Shown here one piece after another: positions 53,915 through 64,000 of a DNA stretch of 64,000 nucleotides. Position numbers and translations under genes: made by a program. Origin of the DNA: the human T2T-CHM13v2.0 reference genome, Homo sapiens; assembly GCF_009914755.1 (NCBI RefSeq), contig NC_060948.1. One strand, given 5' to 3'. The notes below the pieces were generated by a model that searched no databases, was not told where the DNA came from, and was given only the letters and a program-made list of their open reading frames with translations. The stretch's first letter is position 1; every line of letters begins with the position of its first letter.

Positions 53915-54707
53915 CACTCATATGTCTTCTTTTGAGAAGTGTCTGCTTATGTCCCTTGCCAATGTTTTAATGGCATGGTTTTCTTAATGTTCAACATCAC
54001 TAATAATCAGAGAAATGCAAATCAATGTAAGATAACTTCTCATATTATTCAGTATGGCTACTAAGAAAAAGTAAAAAATTATAAATTCTGGTTAGACTTC
54101 AGAGAAAATAAAATGCTTATGTACTGTGGTGTAAATTAGTTTTCCCACTGTGAAAAGCAGTTTGGAGATTTTTCAGAGAATTTAAAACAGAAGTACCATT
54201 AAACCACAAATTCCATTATTGAGCATATATCCAAAAGAAAATTAAAAAATTTTTAAAAAGAAACCCCAAATGCACTTGTATGTCATCATATTGCTATTCA
54301 CATTAGGGAAGGCATGAAATTAACTTACGTGTGAATCAAAAATTGGATAGAAATATCCAACACCATAAAATACTATGCACACATTAAAAAGAATACAATC
54401 AAGTCCTGTGCAGCAACATGGATGCATCTGTAGGCCATTATCCTAAGAAAATTAATACAGGAATGGAAAACCAAGTACCACATGTTCTTGCCTGTAAGTG
54501 GGATCTAAACATGAATATAAAGATGTCAGCAATTGACACTGAGAACTACTAGATGAAGGAGGGAAGGAGGAGGGCAGGGGGTGAGAAACTATGAGTACTA
54601 TGCTCATTACCTTGGTAATGGGATCAGTAATATCCCACATAGCTCAGCATTACACAATATATCCATGTAACAAACCTGCAAAAGTACTTCCTGAATCTAA
54701 AAAATTT
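53915..54707 (+). mobile_element. L1PB4-like 3' fragment with a short 5' inversion (53915-53985)
   Basis: Sense 3' end (gtaacaaacctgcaaaagtacttcctgaatctaaaa) preceded by an antisense piece from just upstream in L1 coordinates. Confidence 0.8.
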
Positions 54708-57700
54708 AAGGCAGAGACCAAGAAGACAGAATAGAAGTCTACGTCACTTGTCCCCCATACCCAAACACCAAATTTTCACAACTTATTATATTCAAGAAGC
54801 ACTATCAAAGGGACCAAAAATGAGGCAAGCAATCACAGTACCTGGTATTAACTTCATATCACTGAAAGAGACTTTGGAGAAGACAAAAAAATGACAGTCT
54901 AGAAACACTGATGCCACCTCTTTTTCAACCACCAGTAGTGGCCACGTGGTGCAGAGATTGTATGTTTGGGAAAGGGAGAGCACAGATTGTGAGGCTTTGA
55001 AATAAACTCAGTACTACCCTGTCACAGTAAAAAGCAGACCCAGATTGTACTCAGCTGACATCTGCCAATAGAACATTTTGATTTGCCCTAGCAAGATGAA
55101 AATCTCCCATCTCAATGTTGGGAGCTTGAGTCTTTACAAGCCTTGCCACATGAGTCGAAGAGCTATTGGACCCTAAGAGAACTTAAGGGGCAGTCTAGGC
55201 CACAAGGACTTCAATTATTAGGCAAGTCATACTGCTGAGCTTGGCTCAGAGCGAGTGCAATGTGGAGCCTGGGGAGAATGTGGACTACTGAGACACCAGT
55301 CAGAGCAGCTAAGGGAGTGGTCACAATACCACTCCCCCTACCCCCACCCAGCAGCAGCCACACAGCACAGAGAAACTTGTGAATTTGGGAGAGGAAGAGC
55401 ACAATGACTGAAGGACTTAACATTAAAGTCAGTGCTGCCATGTCAGTAAAGACCTGGCAGAATTCATCACCTGCTGACTAAAGAACCTCTGTACCCAGAA
55501 TAAAAAACAGTGATACCCAGGTAATACCCAGTGATACACCATGGGTATAGGGCTCTGAGAAGTGCTAACTTCAGGTGTGACCCAGCACATTTCCAACTGT
55601 GGTAGCTATGGTGAAAGACTTCTTCCATTTGAGACAAGCAGGGGGGAAAGTAAAGGGAACGCTGTGTTGCACCTCATATACCAGCTCAGCCACAGTGGGT
55701 TAGAGCACCAAGCAGATTCGTAGAGTCCCTGAGTCCAGACCTAAGGTCTTGGTCAGCATTTCTGTACTTGCCCTGGGCCAAAGGTCGAGTCCCAGGCATT
55801 GCAGAATTTATCACAAGCTAACTAAAGAGTCCTTGGGCTTTAAGTGAGAAATTGATGATGATTTGGCAGAACTACCCCATGGGCCGGTGGTGTTGGCAGT
55901 CATAGAAGAGACTCCTCTGCCTGCAGACAGAGGAAAGAAGGGTAGAAAATACTTTGTTTTATGCCCTAAATGCCAGGTTAGCTACAGTAAAATAGAAGAG
56001 CAGGTAAATTTTGAAGATTCTATACTTTAATCTCTGGCTCCCTAGCATCTAGGGACCCCCTCATGGCTACAGGGAACTTGCCACGCTGTAGGCAGAGACA
56101 CAAATCTGGCTGGCTTTGCCATCTATTAATCATAGAGTCCTAGGGCTTTGAGTAAACTTATATGGTAGCTAAGTAGTGGTTAGAATGGGCCTTGGGTGAG
56201 ACTCAAGTTCTGTGCCTACCTGAGATGTGAACCAGCACAGTCTTTGTGCTGGTGGCCACAGGGTTTCTCATGTTGCTGCAACACCAGCTCCACATGCCTA
56301 AGCACAGAGAGAGAGACTATGCTGGTTTGAGAGAAAGTAAGGGAAGAGAACAAGGGACTCTACTTGATAAATCAAGAGAATTTTTCCTGATGTGAATCCA
56401 AGGCAACCAAGGCAGTACCTGTATGTGTTTACATAAACTACTGTGTTATTCGGTTGGGACCCAAGTCTCTTTGAATACCTGGAAAGCATTCCCAAGTATA
56501 ATGGGCACAAACAAGCCCAGACTTTCAAGACTACAGTAGGAAACTCTTCAATGCCCAGATATAGATGAACATCTACAAGTATCAAGACCATCCAGGAAAA
56601 CACGGCCTCACCAAACAAGCTAAATAAGGTGCCAGGGACAAATCCTGGAGAAACAGAGATATGTGACCTTTCATAAAGGAAATCCAAAATAGCTGGTTGA
56701 GGTAATTCAAAGAAATGCAATAGGACACAGCGAAAAATTCCAAATTCTATCAGATAAATTTAACAATGAGATTGAAATAAAAAGAATAAAGCAAAAAAAA
56801 AAAAAAAAGAAATGAAAATGCAGTTGTCATACTGAAGAATTACTTAAAACAATTGATCAAGAAGAAGATAGATTTAGTGAACTTGAAGTCAGACTATTTG
56901 AAAATATAAAGTCAGAGGAGACAAAAAAGAATAAAAAATAAAGCATGCTGCCAAAACCTAAAAATTAGCCTCAAAATAGCAAATCTAAGAGTTATTGGCC
57001 TTAAAGAGGAGATTGAAAAGAGATGAGTTAAACATTTATTTAAAGAAATAGTGTTAAATAATATTAAACAATTTCCCAGCATTCGATATCAACATTTGAG
57101 TAAAAGAAAGTTACAGAACATCAAGCAGATATAGCCCAAAGAAGACCACCTCAAGGCACTTAACTAAACTCCCAAAGGTTAAGGATAAAGAAATGAATCG
57201 AAAAGCAGTGAGAGAAGAGAGACAAATAACATTCAGTGGAACTCCAGTAGATCTGACAGCAGACCTTTCAGGGGAAAATTTACAGGCTGAGAGAATGGCA
57301 TGCCATTTTTAAAAACCTGAAGAGAAAAAAAGACTTTTACTTTAGAATAATGTATCTGGCAAAAACATCCTTTAAACTTGATGGAGAAATAAGAACTTTT
57401 CTGGAGAAACAAAAACCGAGGGATTTCATTAACACCAGACATGTCCTGCAAGAAATGCTAAAGGGAGTTCTTAACCTGAAAAAAAAAAAGTGAATGAGCA
57501 ATAAGAAATCATCTGAAGGTACAAAACTCACTAGTAATAGCACACGGAAAAACACAGAATATTATAACATGGTAATTATGTTGTGCAAAAATCTCAAATA
57601 GAAACAGTAAGCAATAAACCAATTACAAAAATAACTACAAGATATTTCCAAGATATAGACAGTAAAATCGGGAATGAAGAGAAACCACAAAAAGTTTAAA

Positions 57701-59705
57701 AGAATGGCAATGAAATCAAAGTGTAAAGTTTTTGTTAGTTGCTCTGCTTGTTTCTTTGTTTATGCAATCAGGGTTAAATTGTTCACAGTCTAAAACGATG
57801 TGTTATAAGATGTTATTTTCAAGCCTAATCATAATTTCAAATTAAAAAGCATATCACAGTTGTACAAAAAGTAAAAAGGAAGAAATTATATTATATTACA
57901 GGAGAAATCACCTTCACTAAAAGGAAGACTGGAAGAAAGAAAAGAAGGATGAGAGGACAAAAATCAATCAGAAAACAAATAACAAAATGGCAGGAGTAAG
58001 TGCTTATCAATACTAAGTTTGAATGTAAATGAACCAAATACTCCAATCAAAAGACAAATAATGGATTAATGGATAGAGGCACAAGACAATAATCTGTGAC
58101 CTAAAAAAAAATACTTTACCTATAAAGATGCATTTAGACTGAAAATAAAAGCATAGTAAAAGTTATTCCATGCCAATAGAAACAAAAAAAGCAGAAATAG
58201 CTATACTTTTACCAGACAAAAATAGATTTCAACAAAAGACTGTAAGAGGAGATTAAGAAGGTCATTATATAATAATAAAGGGGTCAATTAATCAAGAAGA
58301 TGTAATAACTGGAAATATATATGCACCCAACACTAAAGCACCTATATAAATGAAGCAAATATTATAAGAGATGTAAAGAAAGAGACCACAATACAATAAT
58401 GGCTGGACACTTCAACACCCAACTTTAGTCATTGGATAGACCTTCCAGACAGAAAATCAACAAAGAAACATCAGACTTAATCTGCACTATAGTACAAATT
58501 AACCTAATAGATATTTACAGAAAATTTCATCCAACAGCTACAGAATACACATTCTTCTCCTCAGTACATGGTTTGATCTCAAGGGTAGACCATAACTTAG
58601 GTAACGTATCTAAAAACATTCAAAAAATTGAAGTAATATCAAGGATTTTCTCTGACCACAATGGAATAAAACTAGAAATCGATAAAAAAAAAAAAAAGAA
58701 TTTCAGAAACTATACAAACACTTGAAAATTAAACAATATGCCACTGAATAATCAGTAGGTCAATAAAAAAGTTAAAAAGAAAGTAGAAAAATTTCTTGAA
58801 ACAAATGATAATGGAAACATAGCATGGCAAAACCTATAGAATATAGTAAAAGAGGTACTAATAAAAAGGAAAATTTAAAACTATAAGTGCATACATAAAA
58901 ATTAGAAAACCTTAAAATAACCTAACAATATATCTTAATTAAATAGAATAAAAAGGCCAAACCAAACTCAAAATTAGAAGCAAAGAAATAATAAAGATTA
59001 GAGTGGAAATAAAGTTAAAATGAAGAAAACAATGCAAAAAATCAATGAAACAAAATGTTGACTTTTTTGAAAAGTAAAACAATTGACAAATACTTACAGA
59101 GGCTAACTGAAGAACTGAGAAGATACCAAATTAATAAAATCAGAGTTGATAAAGAGACATTACAAGTAACGCTTCAGAAAATCAAAGGATCATTAGTGGC
59201 TAATGTGAGCAATTGTATGCCAACAAATTAGAAAACCTAGAGGAAATCAATTCTTGGACACAAACAACTTACCAAGATTGAACTAGGAAAAAATAAAAAA
59301 CGTGAACAGACCAATAATAAATAACAAAATTAAAGCCATAATAAAAAAGTCTGCAGGACCAGGCATAAAATAGAGAAGGAAAGAACATTTTCAAACTCAT
59401 TCTTTGAGGCTAGTATTAAACTGATATCAAAACCAGACAAAGACACATTAAAAGAGCAAACTACGGGCCAATATATGAGAATAATGATGCAAACATTTGC
59501 AAAAAACCTGGAAACCTGAATTAAACAATACATAAATAATTATATTTATGTATAATTACATAATATATTTACATAATAGATAATATACATAATAATAATT
59601 ACATAATAGATAATCCATCATGGGCAAGTGGGATTTATCCCAGACATGCAAAGATAGTGCAACATGCAAATTAATCAATGTGATATATCATATAAACACA
59701 ATGAA

Positions 59706-60018
59706 GCGACCAGGTGCAGTGGCTCATGCCTGTAATCCCAGCACTTTGGGAAGCTGAGGTGGGTGAATCACCTGAGGTCAGGAGTTCAAAACCAGACTGG
59801 CCAAGATGGCAAAACCCCATATCTACAAAAAATGCAAAAATTAGCCAGGCGCCATGGTAGGCACCCGTAATTTCAGCTACTCAGGAGGCTGAGGCAGGAG
59901 AATCACTTGAACCTGGAAAGTGGAGGTTGCCGTGAGCCAAGATCATGCCATTGCACTCCAGCTTGGGTGAAAGAAGGAGACGGCGTAAAAAAAAAACAAA
60001 AACAAAAACAAAAAAACA
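59706..60018 (+). mobile_element. AluSx-like element inside the L1
   Basis: Full dimeric Alu; TSD-like aaacacaatgaag / aaacagaatgagg. Confidence 0.93.
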
Positions 60019-60393
60019 GAATGAGGGACAAAACCCATATAATCACTTCAACTATGCTAAAAATCATTTGATAAAATTTAACATTCCTTAATAATTAAAA
60101 GCCCTTTGAAAACTGGGTATGGAATGATACCTCAACATAATAAAAGTTATATGTGACAGACCCACAGCTAGTATCATACTTGGTGGGGAAAAAACTAAAA
60201 GCCTTTCCTCTAAAATCTCGAAGATGACAAGAATATCCATTTTTACCATGGTTATTCAACATAATTCTGAAAGTCCTATCTGGAGCAATCAGACAAGAGA
60301 AAGTAATAAAAGCCATCCCAATTGGAAAATAAGTCAAATTATCTTTTTTGCTGATGATATAATTTTATATTTGAAAAAATATAAAGACTCATC

Positions 60394-62844
60394 TGATAGA
60401 GTTTTAATATGTATCCTCTCCCAAATCTCATATTTAAATGTAATTGTCGATGTTGGAGGTGGGCCTGATGAAAGGTGATTTAACCATCTGGGTGGATTAC
60501 TCACAAATGGCCTAGCACCATCCCATTTGGTACTATCCTCATGATAGTGAGTGAGTTCCCATAAGATCTGGTTATTTAAAAGTGTGTAACAACTCACCTC
60601 TCTGTTTTTTGCTCCTGCCTTTTGCCCTGTGATATGCAAGATTCTGCTTAAACTTCTGCCATGACTGTAAAGTTCCAGAGGCCTTCCCAGAAGTGTATGC
60701 TAGTGCTATATCTTCTCTATAGCCTGTAGAGACACAAGCCGCTTAAACCTCCTTTTTTAAAAATAAATTTTCCAGTCTCAGGTATTTATAGTGATGCAAA
60801 AATAGATAAATAGAGAAAATTGGCACCAAATTGTGGAAAATTGTTATAAGAATACTTGAAAATGTGGAATTAACTTTGTTATTGGATAAACAGGCAAAAG
60901 TTGGAGGAGTCTGTAGGACACAGAAGAAGCCAGAATAATTAGGGAAAGTTGAGATCTTCTTAGAGCCTGGTTGTATGGCTGTGACCATAATGCTGATAGT
61001 GATCTGGACAGTGAAGGCTGAGCTGAGGAGTTCTCAGATGAAAATTAGAAACTTATTAGGTCTGAAGCAAAAGTTATGCATGTCATCTTAGCAAAATGGT
61101 TGTCTGAATGTCTGTCATGCCCTAGGGATATACAGAAGTTTGAATTTGAAAGTGATGATTTAGGGTTTCTGTTGGAAAAATGTCTAAGCAGCAAAGCATT
61201 CAAGATGTGTCCTGGCTGCTTCTATCAACCTGTGTTCACATGTTGGAGCAAAAAAACAAAACAAAACAAAAATTTGTAACTTATACTTTTGATGGAAGCA
61301 TAGTGTAAAAGCTTGAGAAGTTTGTAGTCTAGTTAAGTGTCAGAAAAATAAATAGCTTTTATAAGAGAGGAACTCAAGCAGGCTATGGAGCAACCACTTG
61401 TTAGAGATATTTGTACAACCCAAAAAAAAAAAGCAATTGTTGATAGCCAAGACAATGGGAAAGAGGAATTGAAGGCATTTTAGAATTCTAAAAGCCAGCC
61501 CCCCATCACAGACCCTGGGGCCTAAAAGAAGACAATAGTTTCTGAGATCAGACCCAGCACCTGCTGCCTTGAGTAGCCTTGGAACATGGCTCCCTGAATC
61601 CTGGCCACTGCTCATGCTCCAGGTGTAGCTCAAATTGGCCCAGTTACAACTATACTCACTGCTTCAGAAGGTGCAATCCATAAGCCTTGCTAGCTTTCAT
61701 GTGGTGTTAGGCCTGTGGGTGTACAAAATGCAACAGTTGAGAATTTGGAGCTTCCACTTTTATTTCAAAAAGGATGTATGAAAAAGCCAAGGTGTGCAGG
61801 CAGAAGCATGTTGCAGAGGGGAGCCCTCATGGAGAACCTCTACTAAATCAATGCAGAGAAGAAATGTGGGGTTACAGTCCCCATGTGGGCTCCCTAATGG
61901 GGCATGACCTAGTAGATCTGTGAGGAGAGGATCACTGTCCACCAGACTCCAGAATGGTAGATCCTGTACAGCTTGCACCTTGCACCTGGAAAAGCTAGAG
62001 GCACACAGTAACAGCCCGTGAGAGCAGCCATGGGGGCTAAACCATGCAAAGACACAAGGTTGAAACTTCCCAAAGCATTAGTGTGTCCTGGAAATGGGAC
62101 ACAGAGTCAAAAATAATTATTTTGGAGTCTTACAATTCAATAACTCCCATTCTGGGTTTCAGACATGCATGGGTCCTGCAGCCCCTTTCTTTTAACTGAT
62201 TTCTTCCTTTTAGAATAGGAATATTTACCCAATGTCTATACCCAATTTATGTCTTCGAATTACCTAACTTGTTTTTATTTTATAGGCTTATAGGAGGAAG
62301 GAACTAGCTTTGTCTTAGATGAGACTTTTGACTTTTGAGTTAAGTCTGAAATGAGTTAAGACTTTGGGGATTATTGGGAAGTCATGATTGTATTCTGAAA
62401 TATGAGAAGGATATGAGATTTGAAATGGCCAGGGGCAAAATGATATAGTTTGGGTGTGTGTTCCCACCAAAATCTTATATTGAAATGTAAACCTCAACGT
62501 TGGAAGTGGGCCTAGTTGGGAGGTGATGGAATCATGAGGGCAGGATTTCCATGAAGAGTTTGGCATCATTTGCTTTGGTGCCATTCCCACAACAGTAAGT
62601 TTTCATGAGAGCTGGTCATCTACAAGTGCGTAGCACTTTCCCTTTGCCTTTGCACTTACCATGTGATGTGCAAGCACCGGATTTTTTCTTCACCTTGTCA
62701 GTTGTCAGAGGCATCCCCAGAAGCAGGGGCCAGGGCTATGCTTTCTGTACAGCCTCTAGAAACATGAGCCAATTAAACCTATTTTCTTTATAAATTAACC
62801 AGTCACCAACTATTTTTATAGCAATGTGAGAATGGCCTAATATA
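60394..62844 (+). mobile_element. Two-LTR MaLR element (MSTA LTR ~60394-60814, internal region, MSTA LTR 62441-62844)
   Basis: Both LTRs start tgata..gttt..; the internal region starts gaaaattggcacc and ends with the purine tract ggccaggggcaaaa; L1 ORF2 resumes in register afterwards. Confidence 0.9.
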
Positions 62845-63852
62845 TCCACCAAAAAACTGTTAGAAGTGATAACTTCAGTAAATTTGCAGAATACAAAATC
62901 AACATATACAAATCAGTAGGATTTCTATATGCCAACCATCAACAAACTGAAAAAGAATTCAGAAGAGTAATCCTATTTGCAACAGCCATAAATAAAACAA
63001 AATGTGTGCGAATTTACCAAAGAAATAAAAGTTCTCAACAATTAAAATTGTAGAATACTGATAAAAGAAATGAAAGAGGACACAAAAAATGGAAAGATAT
63101 TTATTTGTTCACAGGTTGGAAGAATCAGTATTTTTAAAAATGTCCATACAATCCAAAGGAATCTATACATTTCATGCCATCTCTATCTAAATAACAATGA
63201 CATTCCTCACAGAAATAGAAAAAACTTCTGCAATGTATATGGAACCACAAAACACCATGATAGTCAAAGCTATGCTGAGTATATAAAACAAAAATGGAGG
63301 AATCCCATTACCTGGTTTTAAATTATACCATCAAGCTATAGTAATTAAAACAGCATGATGCTAGAATAAAAATAGAACATAAAGACCCAAGGAATGAAAT
63401 AGAGAACTTAGAAACAAACTCATGCAGCTAAACTAAACTTATTTTCAACAGAAGTGCTAAGAACATACAACAAAAAATAAGACAGTTTCTGTAATAAGTA
63501 GGGCTGGGAAAACTGGCAAGCCATAGGCAGAAGAATGAAACTAGAACCATATTTCTTGCCACATAAAAAAATCAAATTAAAATAATTAAAGATTTAAACT
63601 TAACACCTCAAACTATCAAAGTTTCACACACAAAAAAATGGGGAAACTCTTTAAAGCATTGGTTTGGGCAAAAATTTCTTAAGTAGTGCCCCATATGCAC
63701 AGACCACAAAAGCAAACATGGACAAATGGAATTACAGCAAGTCAGAAAGCTTTTTTAAAGTGAAGGAAACAATAAACGAAGTGAAGAGAAAACCCACAGA
63801 ATAGGAGGAAACATTTGTAAATTACCCATGTGAAAAGCAATTTATAACCACA

Positions 63853-64000
63853 TGATACGGTTAGGCTTTGTGTCCCCACCCAAATCTCATATTGAATTAA
63901 TCTCCAGGTGTTGAGGGAGTGACCTGGTAGAAGGTGAGAAGGTGATTGGATCATGGAAGTGGTTTCCTCCATGCTCTTCTTCTGATAATGAGTTCTCATG
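63853..64000 (+). mobile_element. THE1 (THE1D-like) MaLR LTR, runs off the window
   Basis: tgatacggttaggctttgtgtccccacccaaatctcat. Confidence 0.85.

Larger units (their letters stand above)
54708..63852 (+). mobile_element. Near full-length old L1 (L1MA/L1M1-like): 5'UTR, ORF1 remnant (~56560-57500), ORF2 remnant from ~57988, interrupted
   Basis: L1M 5' end (ggcagagaccaagaagacagaatagaagtct), endonuclease motifs (tctgaccacaatggaataaaactagaaatc), RT tttgctgatgatataatt; many stops. Confidence 0.88.

Overview
Primate (almost certainly human) non-genic, repeat-dense DNA that looks like a pericentromeric or segmental-duplication region. I find no credible protein-coding gene: the long ORFs are L1 ORF2 remnants or artefacts of GC-rich satellite and Alu sequence. 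The core of the window (about 11.85-35.0 kb) is a fossil ribosomal-DNA mosaic in three parts. (1) A degenerate 45S rDNA unit junction: 28S fragments, 3'ETS, an ~11-kb IGS-like spacer, a well-preserved RNA polymerase I promoter and ~1.3 kb of 5'ETS. (2) A ~6.9-kb GC-rich ~200-bp gamma-satellite-like array with monomer subtypes and three internal inversions. (3) A 1.5-unit fossil 5S rDNA tandem repeat with a 1910-bp period; both 5S copies keep the upstream D box and no Alu lies in the spacer. The flanks are L1, Alu, LTR and MaLR elements, including four 5'-inverted (twin-primed) L1 insertions and several templated-insertion junctions. Comparisons with human rDNA, 5S and repeat consensus sequences are from memory, not from alignment, and subfamily names and most boundaries are approximate. 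No new protein-based system is supported; the most interesting signal is the linked 45S / gamma-satellite / 5S fossil.
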